From NCBI RefSeq assembly GCF_025985425.1, contig NZ_CP094972.1, forward strand, positions 2,963,540 to 3,027,539: a stretch of 64,000 nt of DNA, written 5' to 3'. The DNA comes from Entomomonas sp. E2T0. Lineage in GTDB: Bacteria; Pseudomonadota; Gammaproteobacteria; Pseudomonadales; Pseudomonadaceae. Under the pieces are notes generated by a model. The model was not told where the DNA came from. It saw only the letters and a program-made list of their open reading frames with translations, and made no database searches. Positions within the stretch are counted from its first letter, which is position 1, and each line of letters begins with the position of its first letter. Both the position numbers and the translations under genes were made by a program. This document shows, one piece after another, positions 1-9,429 of the stretch.

Positions 1-277
1 TTTTAAATAACCCAAACAGTTTATGGATAACAGAGCCTTCCATTGCCATAAACTCTTCAAAAACCTGTTCTACTGGCTGAAAAATTTGACTCATTAATTC
101 ATTAATCAAATGGTCTTTATTTTTAAAGTGCCAATAAACGGCCCCTCTTGTCATACCTGTTGCGCGCGCTATTTCTTCTAAACTGGTTTTTGAGACCCCT
201 TTCTTTAAAAAAAGGGTTTCTGCTGCGTCTAAAATCGCAATTTTTGTTTTTTCAGCTTCTTCTTTAGTTCGACGCAT
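1..277 (-). CDS. TetR/AcrR-family transcriptional regulator (C-terminal part runs off the window start)
   Basis: Reverse-strand translation from the ATG complement at 275-277 gives MRRTKEEAEKTKIAILDAAETLFLKKGVSKTSLEEIARATGMTRGAVYWHFKNKDHL..., a canonical TetR N-terminal helix-turn-helix. The gene is divergent from an MFS pump. Confidence 0.85.
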   Translation of the reverse strand, partial: MRRTKEEAEKTKIAILDAAETLFLKKGVSKTSLEEIARATGMTRGAVYWHFKNKDHLINELMSQIFQPVEQVFEEFMAMEGSVIHKLFGLFK

Positions 278-397
278 AGTTAATCGTTGTTCCTCTATTT
301 ATTTTGAATGACTATTTTAATCTATTTACAAACAAGATGTATGTAATTTATATGATTTAGTACAGCACAGTTTTACATTTTATTATAAAATGCGTTA

Positions 398-1591
398 ATG
401 ACTTTACGAATTATCCTAATCCTAGCAGGTTTAAATGCTTTTGGACCACTAGCTATAGATTTATATCTACCCTCTTTTGATTTAATAGCTAATGATTTCA
501 ACACAGTAACAGACAATGTCCAACTTAGTCTTTCTGTTTACCTTATTGGTCTTGCAATAGGGCAAATATTATATGGCCCATTAACTGATAAACTAGGCCG
601 AAAGTCTCCTTTAATTGTTGGGGCATGTATATTTATTGTTGCCTCATTAGGCTGTGCATTAGCTTCTAGCCTTAACTGGCTAATCACTTTACGTTTTCTA
701 CAAGCATTGGGTGGCTGTGCTGGAATGGTTATTTCTAGGGCAGTAGTAAGAGATCTTTGTGATCCTAACACAGCTGCCAAAGTATTTTCGCAACTTATGT
801 TAGTTAACGGTATTACACCAATGGTTGCGCCTTTACTAGGTAGTTTACTATTAGTTTATTTTTCTTGGCATGCTAGTTTTTACTTTTGTTTTATTTTTGC
901 TATTAGTATTGGTATAACTGCGCTATTTTGGTTACCTGAAACACTACCACCTAATGCTCCTCGCCCACCACTCAGCAGTGCTTTCAAGCAATATCAACAT
1001 TTATTTAAAGAACGTAACTTTCTAGGTTATAGCATAGTCAGTGGTTTTATATTAGCAGGCTTATTTATCTATATTGGCAGCTCTCATTTTTTATTTGTTG
1101 AATTACACGGTCTTAGTAATACTCAATATGCTTGGATATTCGCACTTAACTCATTAAGTATTATGTTATCTGCACAACTTAACCATTTATTATTAGCTAA
1201 ACATAACTCTATTTATTGGATTCCTAAAGTACTTTGGGTATCACTTACTGCTGCGCTTTTATTGATACTCGCTCACTATCTACAAGCCCCTGTGTGGTTA
1301 TTTACCATTCCAATTATTATCTTTATGGGATCATTAGGTGTATTACTACCCAATATTACTGCTTGTGCTATGGCTGTGGACGCTCGTCAAGCAGGTAGTG
1401 CTTCAGCACTAATGGGTACGATACAATTTGCTATTGCCGCAAGCTTATCAGGTCTAACTGCTTGGTTACAAAATGGTACTGCCTATCCAGCAGCACTGAT
1501 GTTAGCTTGTAGTGTCACAATTGGTATGATCATTACTTACCTAACTGCAAAACACCAACAAGCCACATCAGTAAATGAAGGTATTGCTTAA
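398..1591 (+). CDS. MFS drug-efflux transporter, Bcr/CflA subfamily
   Basis: 397-aa polytopic membrane protein with the MFS signature GxLaDrxGrkxxl (LTDKLGRKSPLIVG) and about 12 predicted TM segments. It lies divergently adjacent to a TetR gene. Confidence 0.85.
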   Translation: MTLRIILILAGLNAFGPLAIDLYLPSFDLIANDFNTVTDNVQLSLSVYLIGLAIGQILYGPLTDKLGRKSPLIVGACIFIVASLGCALASSLNWLITLRFLQALGGCAGMVISRAVVRDLCDPNTAAKVFSQLMLVNGITPMVAPLLGSLLLVYFSWHASFYFCFIFAISIGITALFWLPETLPPNAPRPPLSSAFKQYQHLFKERNFLGYSIVSGFILAGLFIYIGSSHFLFVELHGLSNTQYAWIFALNSLSIMLSAQLNHLLLAKHNSIYWIPKVLWVSLTAALLLILAHYLQAPVWLFTIPIIIFMGSLGVLLPNITACAMAVDARQAGSASALMGTIQFAIAASLSGLTAWLQNGTAYPAALMLACSVTIGMIITYLTAKHQQATSVNEGIA

Positions 1592-1595
1592 AGAT

Positions 1596-2180
1596 TTACA
1601 CTTTTCCAAAAACTTTTGTCAAATGCGCTTTATAAGCAGCAGTAGTTGCCTCTACATTTGGCTCTTTTATCACATCATTCGCCATAAAGGTAGGTAACGC
1701 TGATAGGCTTAAAAATTGCTGGGATTTATGGAAGGCAAAATACACGCCATCTACCCCTCTGCCATCGAAAAAGTTTCCAAACTCTTCAAACGCTTCTACA
1801 GGCGCATTCCATGTTACTGACAACATGTAACAACGACCTTCTAACATACCACCTGTACCATATTGTTTGGTGGGATCACTACGTGTACGACCATCATTTT
1901 TATATAGCTTTCCATGACCAACAGTATAAACATCATCCATATATTTTTTTACTTTCCATGGTGTACCCATCCACCAACCTGCCATTTGATAAACAATGGT
2001 ATCAGCCCACAGTATTTTTTCTACCTCTTCTGCATCATCATAACCCTTTTCAATATGAGTTTCTTTAACTTGATGACCTAAATCAGACAAAGTTTTAACT
2101 GCCACTTCATGTAAAGTTGTGTTAAGTTGCCCACCAGAATGAGCAAATACTTGAGAACCATTAATTAATAATATTTTCAC
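1596..2180 (-). CDS. mdaB: NADPH:quinone oxidoreductase MdaB (flavodoxin-like fold), copy 1
   Basis: Start MKILLINGSQVFAHSGGQLNTTL and motifs WADTIVYQMAGWWMGTPW and YMLSVTWNAP closely match the MdaB family (E. coli MdaB: MSNILIINGAKKFAHSNGQLNDTL...WQMPGWWMGAPW). Confidence 0.8.
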   Translation of the reverse strand: MKILLINGSQVFAHSGGQLNTTLHEVAVKTLSDLGHQVKETHIEKGYDDAEEVEKILWADTIVYQMAGWWMGTPWKVKKYMDDVYTVGHGKLYKNDGRTRSDPTKQYGTGGMLEGRCYMLSVTWNAPVEAFEEFGNFFDGRGVDGVYFAFHKSQQFLSLSALPTFMANDVIKEPNVEATTAAYKAHLTKVFGKV

Positions 2181-2298
2181 AATTACCTCAAAAATAAATA
2201 CTTTAAAATATGATGTTAATTATAAATATTCTCTCGCTAAAAATCTGTTATCTATATGACTAAACATAAAATTTAGCCTTATAAATCAATACAGAATT

Positions 2299-2907
2299 TT
2301 ACAAATCATGGAGATTCTTTTTCGCCATCATCCAAATTACTCTAGATAAGCGTGTTTTATAAGCAGCTATTTGCTGCTCAACATGTGGGTCTTTATCAAC
2401 ATTAGCAGCTAAAAAAGTAGGTAATGCTTTTAAACCTAAGAACTGGTGAGCCTTATGGAAAGCTAAGTAAACTGCATCCACTCCTCGTCCATCAAAAAAA
2501 TGATCATACTCTAAAAAAGTTTCAGCTGGTGCATTCCACGTAACAGACAACATATAGTGACGTCCCTGCAATAAACCTGTTTTACCATAAGGTTTTAATT
2601 GATCTGGGGATATTTCTTTTTCATCTTCATAAAAAATACCATTACCGGCATTAAAAACTTCATCCATGTACTTTTTAACAATCCAAGGTGGCCCCATCCA
2701 CCATGCGGGCATTTGATAAATAATCATTTCTGCCCACAAAAACTTTTGCACTTCGGCATCTACATCATAACCATTATCAATACGCGTTTCTTGCATTTCA
2801 TGGCCGAATTCTTTTAATGTTGTTTTAGCAATTTCACACATAGTGTCATTCAATTTGCCTCGTGTGCCTGCAAATGCTTTTGCTCCATCAATTAACAATA
2901 CTTTCAT
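2299..2907 (-). CDS. mdaB: NADPH:quinone oxidoreductase MdaB, tandem paralog (copy 2)
   Basis: MKVLLIDGAKAFAGTRGKLNDT...WAEMIIYQMPAWWMGPPW...YMLSVTWNAPAE. Same family as the gene 118 bp upstream; roughly 55% identical by eye. Confidence 0.8.
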   Translation of the reverse strand: MKVLLIDGAKAFAGTRGKLNDTMCEIAKTTLKEFGHEMQETRIDNGYDVDAEVQKFLWAEMIIYQMPAWWMGPPWIVKKYMDEVFNAGNGIFYEDEKEISPDQLKPYGKTGLLQGRHYMLSVTWNAPAETFLEYDHFFDGRGVDAVYLAFHKAHQFLGLKALPTFLAANVDKDPHVEQQIAAYKTRLSRVIWMMAKKNLHDL

Positions 2908-3095
2908 AGTATATCCTCATCAATTTACAGCATGGTCAGAGCTACTTCCTGATGAGGTGTTATATACAAATTTCTAATAATATGTATTGTAATAAATCAA
3001 CTAGAATAAATACGCTAAACTTTTAATAGCATACTTAAAGAATGTAAAAGGAAAAATGGATTTGCCTCGTAAAAAGCAAATCCATACAAGAGATA

Positions 3096-3902
3096 CTATT
3101 TTTTAGGAAGATGTGGCTGAATGGTCTGTAAAACTGCTTTAAAACATTTAGGATTGCCTGTTACTACTTGGCCATTTTCTAAAAAGTCATGACCACCTTT
3201 AAAGTCACTAATTAATCCACCTGCTTCTTGAATTAATAATGCTCCTGCCGCCATATCCCACTGCGACAAACCAGATTCCCAGAATGCATCATAGCGGCCT
3301 GCTGCTACATAAGCCAAGTCTAAACTAGCCGCTCCAGCTCTACGTATACCTGCAGTAGCACCTATTAAGTCACGAAACATAGCTAAGTAACTATCTAAAC
3401 CATCTAATTGGTCTTGTTTAAATGGGAAACCTGTAGCCAATAAAGCACCCTCTAAACTTTTACGAGCACTTACTCTAATACGTTTGCCATTCATTGCTGC
3501 CCCACGACCACGAGAAGCAGTAAACTCCTCCTGACGCACAGGATCCAACACCACAGCGTGCTCTAAGCGCCCCTTATATTGGCAAGCAATACTCACTGCA
3601 TAGTGAGGAACACCACGTAAAAAATTAGTGGTTCCATCTAACGGATCAATAATCCATAAATAGTCAGCACCTTCTGCTGTTCCTTTTATCAAACCGCGCT
3701 CTTCAGCCAAAATACCATGATTAGGGTAAGCTTTTTGTAAAGCAGTAATAATAATTTCTTCAGCATTTCTATCGATTTCAGAAACATAATCATTCGTTTC
3801 TTTTTGCTGTGGGCTAAGACTATCTAAACGTTCTGTTGCTCTAAAAATATATTCGCCTGCACTACGGGCGGCACGTAATGCAATGGTTAACATAGGCTGC
3901 AT
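3096..3902 (-). CDS. suhB: inositol monophosphatase SuhB
   Basis: MQPMLTIALRAARSAGEYI...WIIDPLDGTTNF...; the IMPase motifs (DPLDGT, WDxAAG) are present. Confidence 0.85.
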   Translation of the reverse strand: MQPMLTIALRAARSAGEYIFRATERLDSLSPQQKETNDYVSEIDRNAEEIIITALQKAYPNHGILAEERGLIKGTAEGADYLWIIDPLDGTTNFLRGVPHYAVSIACQYKGRLEHAVVLDPVRQEEFTASRGRGAAMNGKRIRVSARKSLEGALLATGFPFKQDQLDGLDSYLAMFRDLIGATAGIRRAGAASLDLAYVAAGRYDAFWESGLSQWDMAAGALLIQEAGGLISDFKGGHDFLENGQVVTGNPKCFKAVLQTIQPHLPKK

Positions 3903-3986
3903 GAGGAAACTTCCAAGGGTTCTATCAAAACAATAATTATATCAGAAAGTTTAACGTTAGAGAAAATCTTCTAAGCTATAGCACAT

Positions 3987-4026
3987 TATAGCTGATGCTA
4001 TTTAATTTTAGATAAGGCAACTTGCC
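3987..4026. repeat. 40-bp intergenic repeat, copy 1
   Basis: TATAGCTGATGCTATTTAATTTTAGATAAGGCAACTTGCC, 37 of 40 identical to 18977-19016. Confidence 0.5.
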
Positions 4027-4094
4027 AAAGATTCTAAAGGCCCACCTTCGATACCTAACACCCCATCTTTAACAACAGCAAAACTGGCATAATC

Positions 4095-4697
4095 TTAAAT
4101 TATTTTACTAAGATTATCTCTGGCTTGTTGCTCTAATAAGTCAAATAGCTTTGCTGTTTGATAAATAGCTGGTCGTTTTATAAAAGACTTGAGTATAGCC
4201 TTACGTTTCATTTTATATAAAAAATAAGGAACCCAACTATATTCTTTTCTAATTTGTTGTTCATATTCTGCAAAACGTTGTGGTGTAGCTCCGAAAATAG
4301 CCAAATCTACGTCTACAATTATTTTCTCATCGATTGTTTGTGGCATTGTTTGATGAGCCGTTATCAGAATTAATTGCTGTACTTGATCTATAATACTTTG
4401 TTTAGCATTCAATGATCGCAAACACTCTGCCGCCCAATTAGCACTAAGCTGCTCATTATTATGACCTTTTACATTATAAATAGCATCATGAAACCATAAT
4501 GCCATTTCAATAGCTATAGGTATTTCAGTCTGATCTTTTACTAAATCAAAATAACTAAAACATTCTTGCAAATGCTGTAAAGTGTGATAATGACGGTCTG
4601 ACTGTGAATAATAATGAACTAATTTTATAAAAATAGTTTGATCTGCTACTACGCCTAGCTGCTGACAACTATCTATCCATCTAGTTTTTAGATCCAT
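4095..4697 (-). CDS. HD-domain-like hypothetical protein
   Basis: 200-aa ORF with an H...HD-type pattern (HYHTLQHLQE ... WFHDAIYN). No further assignment possible. Confidence 0.45.
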   Translation of the reverse strand: MDLKTRWIDSCQQLGVVADQTIFIKLVHYYSQSDRHYHTLQHLQECFSYFDLVKDQTEIPIAIEMALWFHDAIYNVKGHNNEQLSANWAAECLRSLNAKQSIIDQVQQLILITAHQTMPQTIDEKIIVDVDLAIFGATPQRFAEYEQQIRKEYSWVPYFLYKMKRKAILKSFIKRPAIYQTAKLFDLLEQQARDNLSKII

Positions 4698-5460
4698 TAT
4701 ATGTTATCCAATGCTTGGCTATTTGTTGTTGTGCTGTGTTAGCTAAGTGGCTTCGGCTAGTATATTGATGGCTATCTAATACTTCATTAAAAATAACTTT
4801 AATAGTTAATTGATAACAGGTTAATACATTCCAAACACTACGTAACAAAGATATATCCCCAACAAATGCTGGTCGTGTTGTGATATTTCTTTGGGCATCT
4901 AAATACTGTATAGCAATGGGTATTACCCAACCCTTTGAACAATAAACAGGTTTAAATAATGAAGGTTTAAACTTATTTACACTTAAACCTTCAGAAGTAG
5001 TTCCTTCAGGGAAAACGGCTATACAATTTCCTGTAGCTAACTCTTTTGATAACTGCTGGTTAACCTGCATAATATCGCGTTTATTTTCTCGCTCGAGAAA
5101 AACAGTATCACCTAATTTAGTCAATCTACCAATAATAGGCCAATGGCTAATTTCTTGTTTTGCTACAAAGCGTGGCTTTATTACAGTAAAAATAACTAAA
5201 ATATCTAGCCATGAAATATGGTTAGCTACAATCAAAGTATTATGTAATTGTTGTGGAAGATTACCTTCAATCACTAACCTGATATCCAGTATCTTCATTA
5301 ATTTAGATGACCATGCACGAAGCACTTTGGCAGTTTTGGCCTCATCATAGAATCTTATAAAAAAGAATATTCTTATGGCACCTACACTAAAATGTAAACA
5401 TAATTTAATAACACGCCATAATGCTATAAAAATATTAACGCTTTGTTTTACTGGTTGCAT
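4681..5460 (-). CDS. 1-acyl-sn-glycerol-3-phosphate acyltransferase family protein (PlsC-like)
   Basis: Acyltransferase motif I NHISWLD and motif III FPEGTTSEG. The ORF 3' end overlaps the downstream ORF by 17 nt. Confidence 0.75.
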   Translation of the reverse strand: MQPVKQSVNIFIALWRVIKLCLHFSVGAIRIFFFIRFYDEAKTAKVLRAWSSKLMKILDIRLVIEGNLPQQLHNTLIVANHISWLDILVIFTVIKPRFVAKQEISHWPIIGRLTKLGDTVFLERENKRDIMQVNQQLSKELATGNCIAVFPEGTTSEGLSVNKFKPSLFKPVYCSKGWVIPIAIQYLDAQRNITTRPAFVGDISLLRSVWNVLTCYQLTIKVIFNEVLDSHQYTSRSHLANTAQQQIAKHWITYNGSKN

Positions 5461-5547
5461 TGCTTAATGATGTTATGAGAAACAGCTCACTAGCTTAAAA
5501 CAACTAGTGAGCTATTAGCAACTTCCTAATATAAATAATATTGCTAT

Positions 5548-6093
5548 TTAGTAACCATTTAATTTTAATTTATTATTTTCGGCTGTAATCTGAATATTAC
5601 CAATGCAACTATCTAATCCCTTAGTTTCTTTATAAAAACACAATATAGTTGTTTGACTTGGCATTTTACTAGCAAATAGTGTTTGCTCTGAGGATGTACT
5701 TAACTCTTCTTTAATCACTTTCATTTTACTACAAACAGAAGAAACTGTTTCATAGATAGTTTTATTGCCTGCCCTCTCTTTAATATCTTGTTGCATTTCT
5801 TGAGAAAACTGATCCAATAAAGCATCTCCATCTTTTGCTTTACAAGCATTTTCTATATTTGTAAAAAGCTCAGTAACAATAACGCTAGGTAATGGAATTG
5901 GTGTTAGACCATTTGCTAGCTGAACAACTGTTCCATTGGGTGCCATAACGGTTTTTTTTACTTGTACTGGGGAAGTAACACAAGGTTTATCTGAATAGAG
6001 ATATTGCCCATTATTTTGCTTACATTTATATGCTTGAGCTTGAACTAAAGTACCTACACTACAAAGAATAAAAACAAATAAAAGTTTTTTCAT
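5548..6093 (-). CDS. secreted hypothetical protein with a DUF4124-like N-terminal motif
   Basis: Signal peptide MKKLLFVFILCSVGTLVQA followed by YKCKQNNGQYLYSDKPC, the DUF4124-type (Y-x-D-x-P) motif. Several Cys residues. Confidence 0.5.
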   Translation of the reverse strand: MKKLLFVFILCSVGTLVQAQAYKCKQNNGQYLYSDKPCVTSPVQVKKTVMAPNGTVVQLANGLTPIPLPSVIVTELFTNIENACKAKDGDALLDQFSQEMQQDIKERAGNKTIYETVSSVCSKMKVIKEELSTSSEQTLFASKMPSQTTILCFYKETKGLDSCIGNIQITAENNKLKLNGY

Positions 6094-6161
6094 ATTATAA
6101 TCCCTTATACATCAATAAATAATATTATGTGTTTTAAAAATCTTACAGCGGTTACTTAATA

Positions 6162-6530
6162 CTAATGTATCCTCCTATAATCCATTTTAGGTTGAAATAT
6201 ATCCGTTAATATATTTTGAACTTTATTAAGGTCATTAATATTTAACTCTATCTCTTGTAATTTACTATTATCAGTAAAAAAATGCAAAGGTGTTGCAGTG
6301 CTTAGTTGAAACTGTAAAACACTATCAATAAATTGATAAGAGAATTCATCTGCTGTTGTTTGTAAATAATAAAGTTTATCTAAACACTCCGTATACACAA
6401 TGGTATCAGGATCATCTAATACATCCCTGCAAATAATAATATAGTTAAGAAAACTATCTTTACTAAACCAAATACTTAAACTAAAGAAATTATCATCTTC
6501 ATTTTCAATCTGGATTTTTGAAGCTTTCAT
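6162..6530 (-). CDS. small acidic hypothetical protein
   Basis: 122-aa ORF with no recognisable motif. Codon usage is consistent with its neighbours. Confidence 0.35.
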   Translation of the reverse strand: MKASKIQIENEDDNFFSLSIWFSKDSFLNYIIICRDVLDDPDTIVYTECLDKLYYLQTTADEFSYQFIDSVLQFQLSTATPLHFFTDNSKLQEIELNINDLNKVQNILTDIFQPKMDYRRIH

Positions 6531-6636
6531 TTAAATAGTAGTAACTCAAATAACCAATATAATTACTGCTAGGTATAATAATATAAATTAATTTAACTAC
6601 CAAAAGGAGAATCACTTTGTTTAGAGCTATATCAAA

Positions 6637-7404
6637 TTAACATGCAATAACTAGTGGATATCCCTGTATTGGATGTTTCTGGACTAATACATCCAAACCA
6701 AATATCGTTTTAACGTTCTCTATAGTTAATACTTGCTGAGGTGTTCCTTTAGTAAAAATTCTACCTTCCTGTAAAAATATTAGTTGATCACAATAACAAG
6801 CAGCTAAATTTAAATCATGTAGAATTACCATTACTGTAGCACCTTGTTGTGCACAGTACTTAACAACTTTAAGTAAAGTATGTTGATGTAATGGATCTAG
6901 CATGGAGGTAGGTTCATCCAATAACAACACTGACTGATTATTAATAGGCCATAATTGTGCTAATACGCGTGCTAAGTGAACTCGTTGTCGCTCACCACCT
7001 GACAACTCCAAATAGTTACGTTTTGCTAAATAGCTAATGTTTGTTAAATCGAGTACTTCCTCAATAATAGCTTGGTCTTTTTTAAACCCTGTATTGTGAG
7101 GTAAACGACCAAAACCCACTACTTCATTGACCAAAAAGGCAAAACTCAGGTTAGCTGTTTGCGGTAATACAGCTAAACGACAGGCTCTCTCAGTGGCTTG
7201 CCAATCAGCTAACAGTCTATCATCTAAAGTCACTTGCCCTGCTACACTGGCAAGTTCGCCACATAACCCTGCTAGTAAAGTACTTTTACCTGCTCCATTA
7301 GTACCTAATACACCTAACAACTCACCACTCTGCAAAGTTAAATCAATATTATCAATAATTGTTTTGTCTGCTCGTTGGAGAGTTAAGTTTTCAGCCTTGA
7401 TCAC
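6637..7404 (-). CDS. hmuV: hemin/iron-siderophore ABC transporter ATP-binding protein
   Basis: Walker A GTNGAGKST, ABC signature LSGGERQR, Walker B LLLDEP. Last gene of the hmuSTUV-like operon. Confidence 0.85.
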   Translation of the reverse strand: MIKAENLTLQRADKTIIDNIDLTLQSGELLGVLGTNGAGKSTLLAGLCGELASVAGQVTLDDRLLADWQATERACRLAVLPQTANLSFAFLVNEVVGFGRLPHNTGFKKDQAIIEEVLDLTNISYLAKRNYLELSGGERQRVHLARVLAQLWPINNQSVLLLDEPTSMLDPLHQHTLLKVVKYCAQQGATVMVILHDLNLAACYCDQLIFLQEGRIFTKGTPQQVLTIENVKTIFGLDVLVQKHPIQGYPLVIAC

Positions 7405-8420
7405 TAAAACCTCCTACGCATCAGCAAATATAAAAAGAATGGTGCACCCAATAGCGCTGTTACAATACCTATCTGTAATTCTGCTGGTGCTAAAACTACT
7501 CTCGCCACAATATCTGCAAGTAAAAGCAAACAAGCACCTGCTATTGCCGAAGCAGGCAATAATATTCGATGATTAGGACCTACTAATAATCGTATAAGAT
7601 GAGGTACTACCAAACCAATAAAACCGATCATACCTGTTGCAGCAACTGCGGTACCTACACCTAATGCGGTACAAACAATCAATTCAATTTTTATTCGCTC
7701 TACATTAACGCCTAAATGACGAGCTTCAGACTCCCCTAGTAACAAAGCATTTAATCCATTAGCGCGAAAAGGTAAAAAAATACAAATAGCAATCGTCACT
7801 ATTAATAATGGCCACAAATTAGGGTATACAGCTCCATTTAAACTACCCATATTCCAGAAAGTTAGTTTACGTAACATACTATCATCGGCAATATAAGCTA
7901 ATAGGCCAATCCCTGCGCCTGATAAAGCAGTAATAGCAACCCCGGCTAAGAGCATTGTAGCAACATCCGTTCTACCATTACGTAATCCCAATCTATACAC
8001 TAACCACGTAACAACTATTCCACCTAAGAAAGCAAAAATAGATAATAGATAAGGTTCGATAATTAAAGGAATAGTTAAAGATGTACCAAAAACAATAGCA
8101 ATACCTGCCCCTAAAGCAGCACCACTCGATACACCTATTAGCCCTGGATCTGCTAAAGGATTTCGAAATAACCCTTGCATTGCTACCCCACAAATTGCTA
8201 GTACAGCACCAGCCATTACTCCTAACAAAGTACGTGGCATACGAATTTGCCAAATGACTAAACTGTTTTGAGAAGCCTCTGGTTGTGAAGTGAATAACAC
8301 ATACCAAAGCTCTTTAAAAGAAATAGGTATCGCACCAATACTTAGAGATAGCGCAAAAACAAGGATTAATAACAAAATTAATCCTATAAAAAGAGGCTTT
8401 ATAGCAACTCTACTAATCAT
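7404..8420 (-). CDS. hmuU: FecCD-family heme ABC permease
   Basis: 338-aa polytopic FecCD-type permease. Its start overlaps the hmuV stop by 1 nt. Confidence 0.85.
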   Translation of the reverse strand: MISRVAIKPLFIGLILLLILVFALSLSIGAIPISFKELWYVLFTSQPEASQNSLVIWQIRMPRTLLGVMAGAVLAICGVAMQGLFRNPLADPGLIGVSSGAALGAGIAIVFGTSLTIPLIIEPYLLSIFAFLGGIVVTWLVYRLGLRNGRTDVATMLLAGVAITALSGAGIGLLAYIADDSMLRKLTFWNMGSLNGAVYPNLWPLLIVTIAICIFLPFRANGLNALLLGESEARHLGVNVERIKIELIVCTALGVGTAVAATGMIGFIGLVVPHLIRLLVGPNHRILLPASAIAGACLLLLADIVARVVLAPAELQIGIVTALLGAPFFLYLLMRRRF

Positions 8421-8529
8421 GTGTTCATCATCAAATATATTAATTATCTTACGACAAAATAATGTTTAATCTGTTCTCAATAGTAACAGTTTAGCCATTT
8501 ATAATATCTTTGTATATTTTGTTAAATAA

Positions 8530-9429
8530 TTACAATTGTTTAATTACAGCAATGTCATAAGGAAAATTATAGAATATATGAGCTAACCTTGTTGCCTCTT
8601 CAGGGATTCTAGGACCTAATCCTGCCACTAATAATGAAGCATCTAATAAGACTATTTTATTATTCCTAGCAGCATTAGTAATAGTTAATGCAGGTGCAGT
8701 TTTACTAATATTGGTTATCAAGGCTTGTTGAGTGCTGCCACCTCTATCTGCCACAATAATAATATCAGGATTTAAAGCTGCTAATGCTTCATTAGAAACC
8801 ACTTTATAACCATTAAAATCCATTACATTATTACCACCTGCTTGTTCTACTAACCAATCACCAGATGTTTGTTTACCTGCAGCTAATAATCCTCCATGTA
8901 AACCTATTACTAGCAACACCTTTGGTGTAGCTTGAGTTTGTCGTGCAGTATCTATAGCTTGACTCAATTGATTAAGTTTATTTTGATAGTTTTGAAATAA
9001 CTCATTAGCTTTTGCTTGTCTATTAAGTAATTGGCCTAAAATAGATAAGTTATTTTGTAGTGTTTCTAAGTCAGGTTTATCAGATAATACCTTAACTTCT
9101 ATACCTAAATCTTTTATCTGTTGCAGCACAGTGTTAGGCCCCATTTCGGCACTACCTACTAATAAGTCAGGTTTTAATGAAGCAACACCTTCTGCACTCA
9201 ACTGCCTTTGATAACCAACCTTAGGTAGGCTGGTTACTTTTTTAGGATAAAGACTAGTAGTATCAATACCTACCAGCTTATCTTCAGCATCTAGTAACAC
9301 TACCCACTCTGTAATAGAACCTCCCACACTTACAATATGTTTAGGTTCTGAATGAGCATAACTTGTTAATACAATACCTAATAGAAATAATAATGCTAAA
9401 TACCAACGATACATTCTATTTATCCTCAA
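8530..9429 (-). CDS. hmuT: periplasmic hemin-binding protein (ABC substrate-binding)
   Basis: Signal peptide and a class III substrate-binding-protein layout. Overlaps hmuS by 14 nt. Confidence 0.8.
   Translation of the reverse strand: MRINRMYRWYLALLFLLGIVLTSYAHSEPKHIVSVGGSITEWVVLLDAEDKLVGIDTTSLYPKKVTSLPKVGYQRQLSAEGVASLKPDLLVGSAEMGPNTVLQQIKDLGIEVKVLSDKPDLETLQNNLSILGQLLNRQAKANELFQNYQNKLNQLSQAIDTARQTQATPKVLLVIGLHGGLLAAGKQTSGDWLVEQAGGNNVMDFNGYKVVSNEALAALNPDIIIVADRGGSTQQALITNISKTAPALTITNAARNNKIVLLDASLLVAGLGPRIPEEATRLAHIFYNFPYDIAVIKQL

Noticed and set aside
278-397. TetR operator palindrome in the TetR-MFS intergenic region
   Set aside because: I could not find a convincing inverted repeat of 6 bp or more per arm beyond what AT-rich sequence gives by chance, so no operator is annotated.
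538-780. Numerous short antisense ORFs in the track (for example 538-780, 1811-2068, 2599-2817, 7127-7576, 7993-8307, 9742-10174, 14236-14469, 15399-16259, 20274-20489, 25643-25843, 28852-29073, 54103-54654, 55558-55815, 56132-56434, 58561-58800, 59560-60261, 63623-63970)
   Set aside because: Each is fully embedded in a longer ORF on the other strand that has clear family motifs. None has recognisable motifs or plausible translation signals.
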